Shown in pieces: positions 6,393-15,323 of a stretch of 64,000 nucleotides of DNA (position 1 is its first letter; each line of letters begins with the position of its first letter). The stretch is from a virus. The notes below the pieces were generated by a model, which was not told where the DNA came from, made no database searches, and saw only the letters and a program-made list of their open reading frames with translations. Made by a program: the position numbers and the translations under genes. The stretch is from the IMG/VR virus record IMGVR_UViG_3300049893_000724, positions 64,001 through 128,000 of that record; one strand, 5' to 3'.

Positions 6393-6400
6393 TATTTATA
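6393..6400 (-). promoter_or_regulatory. T4-type late promoter (HNH gene)
   Basis: TATAAATA on the minus strand 26 nt upstream of the HNH ATG. Confidence 0.7.
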
Positions 6401-6407
6401 AACCAAA

Positions 6408-6480
6408 CAGGCACGGAGAGGGTCGAACTCCCAATCGACATCTTAGAAGGATGCTGCATTATCCATTATGCTACGTGCCC
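6408..6480 (-). tRNA. tRNA-Arg(TCT)
   Basis: GGGCACGTAGCATAATGGATAATGCAGCATCCTTCTAAGATGTCGATTGGGAGTTCGACCCTCTCCGTGCCTG. Confidence 0.93.
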
Positions 6481-6566
6481 AAAAGACCTCCTGGTTTGTG
6501 CATCGTTGAGAGGCATAGGAGGGGCAGGACTTACACGGAGTTTGGACCCCCGCTGCCTATGAGAGT

Positions 6567-6595
6567 ATTGTATCAGTTCTTAGGGCAGTCGTCAA
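6567..6595 (-). promoter_or_regulatory. Sigma70-like promoter heading the tRNA operon
   Basis: TTGACG-17nt-TACAAT. Confidence 0.65.
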
Positions 6596-6971
6596 CCCAT
6601 ACAGAACAAATCCTCATTTCACCTCCTAATAATCTTTGAGCTTCTGAGCTATCTGGAGCTTTCTCGCTTAACCGTGGCAAAGGTATTTTAGGTGTTCCAG
6701 TGTCTCCTGTCAAGCGTTCATATTCACGAATAGCTCTATCAACATCACGCTCGACTCTTCTTTCAATAATCTTAGGGTCTTTAAGCAGCACGTCGTTGAT
6801 TACAGTGCCTGGGAATAGGGACCTCTGAACCTCGTCTAAGAGGTCCCAGAGCGCCTCCTGGGACGCTCCAGTGCATTGGGAGAGAGTTGCTACGATACCA
6901 CTTAATACAACGCTTATAAGGATTATCTGGTTCTTATCTGGTTTCTTCTTTCCGAAGTTAAAATTAAACAT
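6573..6971 (-). CDS. Hypothetical protein with N-terminal TM helix
   Basis: 132-aa ORF on the gene strand. Confidence 0.65.
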   Translation of the reverse strand: MFNFNFGKKKPDKNQIILISVVLSGIVATLSQCTGASQEALWDLLDEVQRSLFPGTVINDVLLKDPKIIERRVERDVDRAIREYERLTGDTGTPKIPLPRLSEKAPDSSEAQRLLGGEMRICSVWVDDCPKN

Positions 6972-7000
6972 AAAAAAAGGGGAGTAGCAACACTCCCCTC
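6972..7000 (-). terminator. Intrinsic terminator
   Basis: GAGGGGAGTG-TTGC-TACTCCCCTTTTTTT. Confidence 0.65.
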
Positions 7001-7032
7001 TATTTATTATTCAGTTGTTATATTTTATTGTA

Positions 7033-7665
7033 TCAAACTTCTACCGTGATCAGTTTGGAAGCATACTCATGAGCATACGAAGTGCGGGCACCATGATGCC
7101 CCCAACCAATCCAACTATACGCATAGTCCATGTAACGATTGATAGACTTACCTGGAGTTTTCATCCTGTCTTCAATACGTTGCCATTGAACCTCAGTCGT
7201 TAGATAACGAAGTTGCGTATGAAGTGATGATGGAGAACCACCATACTTCTTAGCAAAATCACCCAATCCATAATATCTGTTGGCAGATGTCCATTGGATC
7301 AGTCCATAACCGCCGTAGCAATTATAGTAACTGGTCCTGCTACCACCTTCACAAACATTAGGAACAAAAGTAGACTCTTGTCTAATGTTGCCCATGATAG
7401 TAGCAAGGGCGTTTCTGTCTTTAATACCACGCTCCTGGAAGAATGCCAGGGTAGCATTTTCATGTTCATTACACCCTTTACAAATTAGCCTTTTCTCTTT
7501 TGGCTTTTCAGCGGGAGCAACCTCTTTGGTCGCTGTCGTATCAAACTCCTTAATGATTGAGAATGGCACTGGAGGTGCCGTCAGAGGAGGAAATACAGGC
7601 AGTGTTGCCACATTGGTTGTAACCGTTGCCACAAGAGGCAGGGCTACTGTAAAGAAATTTTGCAC
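7033..7665 (-). CDS. Lysozyme-fold peptidoglycan hydrolase (phage tail-tip lysozyme / Phage_lysozyme2-like) with N-terminal signal
   Basis: NALATIMGNIRQESTF...GGYGLIQWTS motif; hydrophobic N-terminus; GTG start. Confidence 0.75.
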   Translation of the reverse strand: MQNFFTVALPLVATVTTNVATLPVFPPLTAPPVPFSIIKEFDTTATKEVAPAEKPKEKRLICKGCNEHENATLAFFQERGIKDRNALATIMGNIRQESTFVPNVCEGGSRTSYYNCYGGYGLIQWTSANRYYGLGDFAKKYGGSPSSLHTQLRYLTTEVQWQRIEDRMKTPGKSINRYMDYAYSWIGWGHHGARTSYAHEYASKLITVEV

Positions 7666-7794
7666 TAGTTTTAATTGAACTCTACATCCGTATAGGGAAA
7701 GCGCACTTCCCTCTTCTCAGAGGGCAGACCCCACGGCTCTAAATCAACTCAAAGTCTCATTATGAGAAAACCCACTTTTCAGTGGGTTATTAGC

Positions 7795-7823
7795 ATTATA
7801 AGTTTTTATTTAGATTTTGTCAA
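7795..7823 (-). promoter_or_regulatory. Sigma70-like promoter upstream of the lysozyme leader
   Basis: TTGACA-17nt-TATAAT, with TAAATA inside the spacer. Confidence 0.7.
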
Positions 7824-7993
7824 GATTCTGGTTCTAGAGAGACAATTTCTAATTCATCTCCTTCTGGTTCAATCCACTCATAGAACTCAGCAAGAATAGC
7901 ACGGGCATCCTCTTTTGGAATACTCATATCAGCAGCACGGTCAAGAGACCAAGTTCGTACATGAGCAACAATGTCTTCAGTCGTTGCATTCAT
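7820..7993 (-). CDS. 57-aa hypothetical protein
   Basis: Likely start MNATTEDIVAHVR; the longer ORF-track version overlaps the GIY-YIG gene. Confidence 0.6.
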   Translation of the reverse strand: MNATTEDIVAHVRTWSLDRAADMSIPKEDARAILAEFYEWIEPEGDELEIVSLEPES

Positions 7994-8420
7994 AATAGTC
8001 TTTTCGGAAGTACCTGTTGAGGATGTTGCTATTGTAGTATCTGGGTACTCCACTGTCAAGGGACTCTGTGAGGACGTTATGTGCGAATAGCTGTCGCGTT
8101 TCCTCAAAGTTTGTTTTGCCCTTTGTTTTATGTAATGATAAAATAGTGCGCGTAAAATTCTCCCTACCATACTTATCTACATCTTCCTTAAGTTCTGGAC
8201 ATGATCCGTAGTATTTTTTCCAATCAGACTCCGACTTAACTTTTCTAGATTTTCCTCTTGGTGTGCGGAAACTCCAGAAATACTTTCTACCAATATAGTC
8301 ACGATTAGTTTGGTTGCAATGAATATGATATACAAAACCAAAATAATCTTGAATATCACTTGAACCAAATACCTCTCCATTGTAGGTCCAAGGATTTTCA
8401 TAGTCAATATCTATACTCAT
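7977..8420 (-). CDS. GIY-YIG family endonuclease
   Basis: FGFVYHIHCNQTNRDYIGRK...YYGS...FEE...YYNSNI; start placed at MSIDIDYENP. Confidence 0.75.
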   Translation of the reverse strand: MSIDIDYENPWTYNGEVFGSSDIQDYFGFVYHIHCNQTNRDYIGRKYFWSFRTPRGKSRKVKSESDWKKYYGSCPELKEDVDKYGRENFTRTILSLHKTKGKTNFEETRQLFAHNVLTESLDSGVPRYYNSNILNRYFRKDYYECND

Positions 8421-8565
8421 CAAGAATGTATAACACTTCGTCCAGATATTTATGAGCAAGTCCTTTCATATCCATATCGTGCCTAACGTGCTCTGTGTGA
8501 AGTTGATTCTTGAGTTTTAAAACACGAACCTTAAGTTCTTCTTTCGTTATTTTATTTTTAGACAT
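8404..8565 (-). CDS. 53-aa hypothetical protein
   Basis: Manual translation MSKNKITKEELKVRVLKLKNQLHTEHVRHDMDMKGLAHKYLDEVLYILDEYRY*. Confidence 0.55.
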   Translation of the reverse strand: MSKNKITKEELKVRVLKLKNQLHTEHVRHDMDMKGLAHKYLDEVLYILDEYRY

Positions 8566-8590
8566 AAAAAAGAGGAGCTTATTGCTCCTC
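8566..8590 (-). terminator. Intrinsic terminator after nrdB region
   Basis: AGAGGAGC-AATAA-GCTCCTCTTTTT. Confidence 0.6.
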
Positions 8591-8743
8591 TATGTAGTAA
8601 TTATTGTTCATCCATTCATTACAATAGTCATAATCTCCAAACAAATACTCATCACACTCTGCAGCGTCTTTATATGCGTTCAGGATTGCCTGTTCGCACC
8701 ATTCATCATAGTTTGAATCCTGAGAAAGTATTTTTGGTAACAT
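8579..8743 (-). CDS. Small acidic hypothetical protein overlapping the nrdB end
   Basis: MLPKILSQDSNYDEWCEQAILNAY... Confidence 0.4.
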   Translation of the reverse strand: MLPKILSQDSNYDEWCEQAILNAYKDAAECDEYLFGDYDYCNEWMNNNYYIEEQ

Positions 8744-9890
8744 CTTGCTTGATTCCACCAACTACATATGATTCTACCTCCGTTTCCTGGGGAGCAACCT
8801 GAAGACCTTTGGAAGAAATCCAGTGCTGGGTCCAAGGAAGGGGATTATTGTTTGCTGAAATATCGTATTGGGGTTTTAATCCAATTGCTTTAAGTCTTCT
8901 GTTTGCAATCCATTCGACGTATTGCTGAAGAAGTTTGTCGTTCAGTCCAATCATGCTGCCATCTTTGAACAGATAATCTGCCCATCTCTTTTCTTCGTTT
9001 ACAGCACGATCAAACATCTTATACGTCCACTCCTCTTCTTCCTTCATAATCTGCTTCATTTCTGGATCATCACCATCACGCCATTTGTTTAAAATGTTTT
9101 GAGTGATAGCTAGATGTTGGTTTTCGTCTCTTGCGATAAGAGAGATGATCTTAGCGGATCCTTCCATAAGCTTAAGTTCGCCAAAGGCGAAACTACAAGC
9201 AAAACTAACGTAGAACCGAATACCTTCAAGAATGTTAACGTTTGCGACTGCTCTGTACAGTTTTCGTTTGACATCGTTGAGTGTTTCTTTTGCGTTTTGA
9301 ACTCCTTCAAGTCTGAACATCCAATCGTTGGAAGTTCCATAGTTTTGCGCTGACTGAATAAAGTCATCATATGATTCCGTAACGGTCTTAGCACGCTCCA
9401 GAATACGCTCATCCCTGATGATAGTATCAAATACCTCACTTGGGTCTGAATAAACGTTTTTAATGATGTAGGTGTATGAGCGACTATGGATCATCTCCAT
9501 AAATCCCCATACTTCCATACACGCCTCCAGTTCAGGAAGAGAGCAATATGGAATAAATGCCATACCAGGACCACGACCCTGAACTGAGTCAAGCATAATT
9601 TGATACTTTAAATTAGAAGTGTAGATATGCTTTTGTTCTGGGCGCAAAGTTTGATAGTCACCGCGATCCTTCTGGAGAGACACCTCTTCGGGTCTCCAGA
9701 AGTATCCAAGTTGCTGAGTAGTCAGTTTATCGAAGATAGGATATTTGTACGAATCATATCTCTGGATTCCAAGAGGTTGTCCAAAAAACATTGGTTGTTT
9801 TTTGGTGTCAACTTTTTCAGTATTAAAAACCGTCATTCCTTTGATTTGGGGTTCCTCTGTTGAGGAAATTTTAAACTGCACAGGATTCAC
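8706..9890 (-). CDS. nrdB: Class Ia ribonucleotide reductase beta subunit
   Basis: FWRPEEV, EMIHSRSY, LEGIRFYVSFA, RDENQH, C-terminal VAPQETEVESY. Confidence 0.97.
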   Translation of the reverse strand: MNPVQFKISSTEEPQIKGMTVFNTEKVDTKKQPMFFGQPLGIQRYDSYKYPIFDKLTTQQLGYFWRPEEVSLQKDRGDYQTLRPEQKHIYTSNLKYQIMLDSVQGRGPGMAFIPYCSLPELEACMEVWGFMEMIHSRSYTYIIKNVYSDPSEVFDTIIRDERILERAKTVTESYDDFIQSAQNYGTSNDWMFRLEGVQNAKETLNDVKRKLYRAVANVNILEGIRFYVSFACSFAFGELKLMEGSAKIISLIARDENQHLAITQNILNKWRDGDDPEMKQIMKEEEEWTYKMFDRAVNEEKRWADYLFKDGSMIGLNDKLLQQYVEWIANRRLKAIGLKPQYDISANNNPLPWTQHWISSKGLQVAPQETEVESYVVGGIKQDVTKNTFSGFKL

Positions 9891-12168
9891 ACTCTCCCTC
9901 CTCTACTGAACTTAACTCACTTAGCAAATCTTGAAGTTTGGGTTTTTCTTCTTCTACCTCATCATTCTTCATATCGTGAGTGTTTTGGTAGTAAGAAGTT
10001 TTCCACCCATACTTGTATGTAGTCAAAAAGTCTTGTGCCATCACGGACACTGGGACTTCGTTATCTTCGTAATTCTCCGGATTATAGGACCAGTTTCCAG
10101 AAATCGCTTGATCAAAGAACTTTTGCATAACAGCAACAATATTGATATACCCACGATTGCTAGGCATATCCCACAGTAACGTGTAATTGTTCTTAAGGGT
10201 ATGATACTGAGGAACGATTTGCTTGAGTGGTCCCTTCTTAGATTTCTTAACGGACAAGAATCCACGGGGAGGTTCAATTCCATTGGTTGCGTTTGACACA
10301 ACGGAACTGCTCTCCGATGGCATCTGTGCGGACAGTGTTGAGTGCCTGAGGCCGTGTTCCAAGATTGATGCTCTAAGACCTTCCCAATCATGTTGATAAG
10401 ATACTGAAGTGATTTCGTCTACGTCTTTCTTGTATGTATCGATTGGAAGAAGACCATCCGCATACTTTGTGCGACCAAAGTATTCACAGTGCCCCTTTTC
10501 TTTTGCAAGTTGGTTAGATGCTTTCAGTAGATAATACTGGAATGACTCCGAGAGTCCATGGACGGCATCCCATGCTTCTTGGGAATCATAATTAAAACCA
10601 AGTTTTGCCAAATAGTGTGCGAGACCAATAAATCCTATACCAAGGGAACGACGTGCCTTAGTGGCGATTTCTGCTGCCTCTACGGGGTACTTCTGATAGT
10701 CAATTAACTCATCAAGTCCACGTACTGAAAGGTCACAAAGTTCCTCAAGTTCTTCATCAGACTTTACCTTTCCAACATTAATAGCGGAAAGAATGCATAG
10801 TGCAATCTCACCAAACTTATCATCAATATGATTGATTGGATATGTTGGCAAAGTAATCTCTTGGCAAAGATTACTCATATTAACTTTATCCTTGAACGAT
10901 GAGTGAGAATTGCAATGGTCAATGTTCATGATGTAGACACGACCCGTCTCCGCACGTTCTTTAAGTAAGTTAAGGATGAGTTCCTGCGCTTTAATAGTTT
11001 TTTTCTTAACGGACGGATCTTTTTCATATTGTACGTAGAGATCATCAAACTCAGGGAGTCCAAAGCTATCATAAAGTCCAGGGACATCATGCGGAGAGAA
11101 AAGCGTGATCTCACCGTCTTGAATAAATCTTTCATAGAACAACTTGCTAATTTGAATTGAATAGTCAAGTTTACGGACACGATTATCTTCCGTACCCTTG
11201 TTATTTTTAAGAACAAGAATATCTTCTATTTCTTGGTGCCAGATTGGAAAGTGGACAGTAGCACTTCCACCGCGAATCCCGTTTTGTGTACAACATCTGA
11301 CAGTTGCCTCAAACTTTTTGAGAAATGGGACAACACCGGTATGCTGAACTTCACCGCCTCTGATTTTACTGTTGATGCCACGGATGCGACCTGCGTTGAT
11401 ACCAATTCCTGCTCTTTGAGCAACATAGCGACCAATTGCCATATCAGAGCTGAAGATGCTATCAAGGGTGTCATCAACGTCAACAAGAACGCAACTTGCA
11501 AATTGACGAAGTGGGGTTCTAACACCTGCCATGATTGGTGTAGGAATGTTGATTTTGTGCTTGGAGATTGCGTCATAGTACCTCCTGACGTATGACATTC
11601 TGGTTTCTTTGGGATATTCTGCAAAGATAGTCAGTGCAATCATCATGTACATAAATTGCGGAGTCTCATAAACTCCACCACCGCTCCTATCCTGCACGAG
11701 GTACTTATCAACGACTTGACGTAGACCTGCATAAGTGAACAGATAGTCACGGTCATGATCAATAAATGAATTAGCTTTATCAATCTCTTCCCGTGAATAC
11801 TTTGCAAAGATGTCTTTATCATATACATCGATGTTGGTGCAAGTGTAGATATGCTGTTCAAGATGAGGAAGTTCTTTCATCTTTCCATAAAGTTGTTTAC
11901 GAACAGCAAAAAGAAGCAGACGGGCAGCAACGAACTGATAATTTGGGTGATCTAGATCAATCAGGTCAGAAGCAGAACGAATCAGAATCTCCTGAATCTC
12001 TGCAGTTGTAATACCATCATAAAATTGAATACCAGACTTCATCTCTACTTGACTCGCAGATACGCCTGCAAGACCCTTGCACGCCTCTTCAACCATCAAA
12101 TGCATCTTGTCTAGGTCAAGAGATTCAATACGTCCATCACGCTTTTGTACTTTTGTTCCGTTGCTCAT
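9871..12168 (-). CDS. nrdA: Class Ia ribonucleotide reductase alpha subunit with ATP cone
   Basis: N-terminal VQKRDG ATP cone, FASCVL, SNLCQEI, MPSESSS, C-terminal CESCAV. Confidence 0.98.
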   Translation of the reverse strand: MSNGTKVQKRDGRIESLDLDKMHLMVEEACKGLAGVSASQVEMKSGIQFYDGITTAEIQEILIRSASDLIDLDHPNYQFVAARLLLFAVRKQLYGKMKELPHLEQHIYTCTNIDVYDKDIFAKYSREEIDKANSFIDHDRDYLFTYAGLRQVVDKYLVQDRSGGGVYETPQFMYMMIALTIFAEYPKETRMSYVRRYYDAISKHKINIPTPIMAGVRTPLRQFASCVLVDVDDTLDSIFSSDMAIGRYVAQRAGIGINAGRIRGINSKIRGGEVQHTGVVPFLKKFEATVRCCTQNGIRGGSATVHFPIWHQEIEDILVLKNNKGTEDNRVRKLDYSIQISKLFYERFIQDGEITLFSPHDVPGLYDSFGLPEFDDLYVQYEKDPSVKKKTIKAQELILNLLKERAETGRVYIMNIDHCNSHSSFKDKVNMSNLCQEITLPTYPINHIDDKFGEIALCILSAINVGKVKSDEELEELCDLSVRGLDELIDYQKYPVEAAEIATKARRSLGIGFIGLAHYLAKLGFNYDSQEAWDAVHGLSESFQYYLLKASNQLAKEKGHCEYFGRTKYADGLLPIDTYKKDVDEITSVSYQHDWEGLRASILEHGLRHSTLSAQMPSESSSVVSNATNGIEPPRGFLSVKKSKKGPLKQIVPQYHTLKNNYTLLWDMPSNRGYINIVAVMQKFFDQAISGNWSYNPENYEDNEVPVSVMAQDFLTTYKYGWKTSYYQNTHDMKNDEVEEEKPKLQDLLSELSSVEEGECESCAV

Positions 12169-13133
12169 ATTTTCTTCCAGGTGGTAAATTTAAGTTTTGC
12201 TTCTAATCCAGAGTAAGTATTTAATTCTATCACAGACTGAACATCTAGTCCAGATAAAACCATATCATTAATATCTTTTTCTTTTATACTAGAGGGCCAG
12301 ATAACAATTTTTTCTCCTCGATCAATGGTGCGGGCGATTCTTGATACAATTTCTTGATTTCTTGGTTCGTTATCATAGATCCAAACAGGATTGCTAATCC
12401 CCCACTTATCAAGATCACCGTCAGCTCCGCAAAGAGCAATCGCGTTTGAAATGAAAGTGGAATCAAACGGACCTTCGGTGACGTAGATAGTTTTATCTTT
12501 TTGTAATTCATCAAGACCATATATTTTCGGGGCATTGTCATTCAACATTACAGTGATGTATTTAATCTTGCTAGGACTAAGTACTCTTCCCTGAAATCCG
12601 ACCAGAGTATTTTGATAAAACAAAGGAATAATAATCCTAGGTTCATCTCTTTCTGTGCTGTCGAATGTTAGTTGAAGAGAGTTAGTCCACTCCTTAAATT
12701 TTTCAGCGTAATAATAGTTATCTGGGTTTAACTTTCTGTTTACCAAATATTTTTTTGCGTCAGGATTTTCTGATGCTTTTGGCAAATCCAACTTTGGTTT
12801 GAACTTTGGTACTTCAAACTGAAACACTGGTTCTTCTACCGTAAAGTTTCTGCCAGTGTGACCTTCTTTAAATTTTTCAAATGTATATTGTTTATGAATA
12901 ACTGAATCAATCTCTTTCAGAAAATTATTGAAAGAGATATTGACTCCACAGTTATGACACTTGAAGTTTGTATTATTTTTGACTTGATACAGATATCCCC
13001 TTGCTTTATTCCTGTTCTTCTGGGAATCTCCGCAAATGGGGCATCGAAAGTTATAAAGATTATTTTTTACCTTTTTAAACTTTTGAAATCGCGCAGAAAT
13101 CAGATTGATGTATTTAACATCAACATAATCCAT
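12165..13133 (-). CDS. gp61: DNA primase
   Basis: CPICGDS Zn finger, CHNCG, TOPRIM YVTEGPFDS, DNEPRN. Confidence 0.95.
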   Translation of the reverse strand: MDYVDVKYINLISARFQKFKKVKNNLYNFRCPICGDSQKNRNKARGYLYQVKNNTNFKCHNCGVNISFNNFLKEIDSVIHKQYTFEKFKEGHTGRNFTVEEPVFQFEVPKFKPKLDLPKASENPDAKKYLVNRKLNPDNYYYAEKFKEWTNSLQLTFDSTERDEPRIIIPLFYQNTLVGFQGRVLSPSKIKYITVMLNDNAPKIYGLDELQKDKTIYVTEGPFDSTFISNAIALCGADGDLDKWGISNPVWIYDNEPRNQEIVSRIARTIDRGEKIVIWPSSIKEKDINDMVLSGLDVQSVIELNTYSGLEAKLKFTTWKKI

Positions 13134-13156
13134 AATCAAACCTTGAAGGTCTATCT

Positions 13157-13184
13157 ATTCTATCAGACTATTGTGCCTTGTCAA
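13157..13184 (-). promoter_or_regulatory. Sigma70-like promoter for the primase-nrd operon
   Basis: TTGACA-16nt-TAGAAT with extended -10 TG. Confidence 0.5.
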
Positions 13185-13297
13185 GGCAAAAATAGGTCAT
13201 GATTCCTGTCCATTTTATAACGGAATTTGTTATTTTTTGTAGAGAGTAAGCGGACAGTTTCTTTTTAGTTTTCATGGCAGCAAGTGCCAACACTCAA

Positions 13298-13645
13298 TTA
13301 TTTATTTTTTACTTGCTCTGTAACTGAATTAAATGAGGAAGTTATAAAATCTGTTACAAATGGAACAAATAATAAAGCGAGTGCTACAACACCTGCAGCC
13401 ATCCATCTAAATTTAAAGAGTTCTTCAACTTTTATTTCTAATTTTCCGATCTTTTCATTAGTATCTTCATCATTTCTCGCACAGTTAAAAATTCTTTCAT
13501 CATGAACTGCAAGCATCTTGCAGATGTTTTGATTGGTCTCACTTAGAGTTTGAATGGCAGCGTCTACACGCTCTACCATTTCCTCATGAATTTTTACTCT
13601 TTCTTCAAGAACTGCAACTTTAATTTTTGAATCTTGCCCAAACAT
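13298..13645 (-). CDS. Coiled-coil protein with C-terminal TM helix
   Basis: 115 aa; heptad-rich then a hydrophobic segment (hemolysin XhlA/holin-like topology, unverified). Confidence 0.65.
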   Translation of the reverse strand: MFGQDSKIKVAVLEERVKIHEEMVERVDAAIQTLSETNQNICKMLAVHDERIFNCARNDEDTNEKIGKLEIKVEELFKFRWMAAGVVALALLFVPFVTDFITSSFNSVTEQVKNK

Positions 13646-13650
13646 TTCTC

Positions 13651-13866
13651 TTAGGGGGTTGATTTTTTCTTCATCCAGCGTTTGCGGGATCCTACACCTA
13701 AAGATGCATATTTCTTTCTTCTTGTTAACCCCATAACAGGATCAAATCCAGCAACGGGTCCTTTTGGATCCGAAGAACCACTAAAACCACCAGATCCCCC
13801 TGGAGCATTTGCAACCATTTGCTCTTTAATTATTGAAATAATTTTCTCAAGTTTCTTGGGATCCAT
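13651..13866 (-). CDS. Hypothetical protein
   Basis: 71 aa, Gly-rich with basic tail, IIKE|QM possible gp21 site. Confidence 0.6.
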   Translation of the reverse strand: MDPKKLEKIISIIKEQMVANAPGGSGGFSGSSDPKGPVAGFDPVMGLTRRKKYASLGVGSRKRWMKKKSTP

Positions 13867-14239
13867 TGTAGATTTTATTGAGTTCGGTTAAACAATCTAA
13901 ATCAACTTTTATATCGTGTATACTAGACTTAGGATACTCAGGAAGTCTGTTCAAAAAAATAATAAAACTTTTCATAGAAGACCACAACTCTTTTTCAATT
14001 TTGAAAAATAGCATTGGAGTCGTTGCTTCACCAAAAATATTATAAAGAACAATAAAGTGGTTAAGAAGAAGGTGAGTTTTTAACTCACCTGTATTCTTAT
14101 ATCGTTTCAAAAGTCTTTTAATGTACTTGAAATGATTTAAGTCCTTTTCAAAATCTTCTCTGGTTACTGCCTGAGGATTTTCATAATTTTTAATAGCGAA
14201 TAAGAGGAAATTATCCTCATTCAATTCATTAAAGATCAT
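13847..14239 (-). CDS. Conserved T4-like cyanophage hypothetical protein
   Basis: 130-aa ORF MIFNELNEDNFLLFAIKNYENP, recalled as widespread in this phage group. Confidence 0.75.
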   Translation of the reverse strand: MIFNELNEDNFLLFAIKNYENPQAVTREDFEKDLNHFKYIKRLLKRYKNTGELKTHLLLNHFIVLYNIFGEATTPMLFFKIEKELWSSMKSFIIFLNRLPEYPKSSIHDIKVDLDCLTELNKIYNGSQET

Positions 14240-14245
14240 ATATTA

Positions 14246-15007
14246 TCAGACTAGTGGATTAGAGTCATAAAGTGGGGTGTTGCCAGTTGTAATACCAGAC
14301 ATTGCTACAAGAGTCTCTTTCTTAACTCTTAGATTGCCTTCAGCATCCATATAGGTTTGAATGCCGACCCATCCTTCGTGGGATAGTTCATATCTAGTCG
14401 TGGCGGCAGAATCCATTCCACCTTCAGCAACACCATAAATTGATGCTTCATATCCACCAGTAACTCTTGTAAAATCTACTATACTCCCAGCAGGAATTGC
14501 TGATGCAATTGTTGAAGCAAGCGAAACAGTTGTTGAAGCAATAGAAGTAACAACTCTAGAGACACTACCACTGACCAAAGTATCTCCAACAATAATTCCA
14601 GTGGTGCTAGCAATTGCAACAATATTAGTTCCAATGCCAGCAGTTAAAGATACAGTGGTTTCAACAGCAAGAGAAGTTTCGGTAGGATCAGTGAAAATTT
14701 GTTGATATCTTGGATCCTTAATTGTATATTTTGGAAGTTCGCTGATATCAAATTGAACTCCAGAAATTGCAGCTCCACTCAAACCACAAGTTCTTCCAAT
14801 CGATAATTGTGTGGTGCTTGCAATACCAACAATTACAGCATCACCATAATAAGTTCCAGTTCTGCTACCAAAACGAATCACATCTCCAGTTGCAGCAGCA
14901 CCAACTTGACCAAAGGTGGTTCCAGAACCAGTTACTACGCCAGTAGAATAGTCTAGAGATACTGTTCCTCCTGAACCTTTAGCATCATTATTTCCCCAGA
15001 GTGCCAT
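14246..15007 (-). CDS. Virion structural protein (beta-rich, T/S/G-rich)
   Basis: 253 aa; late promoter upstream; HEGWVG...KKETLVAMS C-terminal motif. Confidence 0.7.
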   Translation of the reverse strand: MALWGNNDAKGSGGTVSLDYSTGVVTGSGTTFGQVGAAATGDVIRFGSRTGTYYGDAVIVGIASTTQLSIGRTCGLSGAAISGVQFDISELPKYTIKDPRYQQIFTDPTETSLAVETTVSLTAGIGTNIVAIASTTGIIVGDTLVSGSVSRVVTSIASTTVSLASTIASAIPAGSIVDFTRVTGGYEASIYGVAEGGMDSAATTRYELSHEGWVGIQTYMDAEGNLRVKKETLVAMSGITTGNTPLYDSNPLV

Positions 15008-15041
15008 GTTCTTTCTTCCGTAAGGTTAAATTTCTTAGAAA

Positions 15042-15049
15042 TATTTATA
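15042..15049 (-). promoter_or_regulatory. T4-type late promoter
   Basis: TATAAATA. Confidence 0.7.
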
Positions 15050-15078
15050 AAAAATAGAGACCCTGAAAAAGGGTCTCT
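15049..15078 (-). terminator. Intrinsic terminator
   Basis: AGAGACCCT-TTTTC-AGGGTCTCT followed by ATTTTTT. Confidence 0.6.
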
Positions 15079-15098
15079 GTAAATTTTGATTGATTAAA

Positions 15099-15278
15099 TC
15101 AAGGAGTTAAATCTGTTGCACCCTTCTTTTTCAACTGTGCTTGTGCTTGAATAAGAATGAGCGAAAGAATGCCGTTTGATTTTACTTTTGGGTTTGCTCC
15201 CAGTGCCTCAGAAACCGCAAACAAAACGGTTGCGATTAGGGCTTGATTAGCAAGACACCAAGCGACGATTGCTGACAT
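15099..15278 (-). CDS. 59-aa membrane protein (holin-like topology)
   Basis: MSAIVAWCLANQALIATVLFAVSEALGANPKVKSNGILSLILIQAQAQLKKKGATDLTP*; GGAGG RBS and TAAATA upstream. Confidence 0.6.
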   Translation of the reverse strand: MSAIVAWCLANQALIATVLFAVSEALGANPKVKSNGILSLILIQAQAQLKKKGATDLTP

Positions 15279-15323
15279 AATAACCTCCGTGTAAAGAGTG
15301 TATCCTGTCCTATTTAGGATTTA

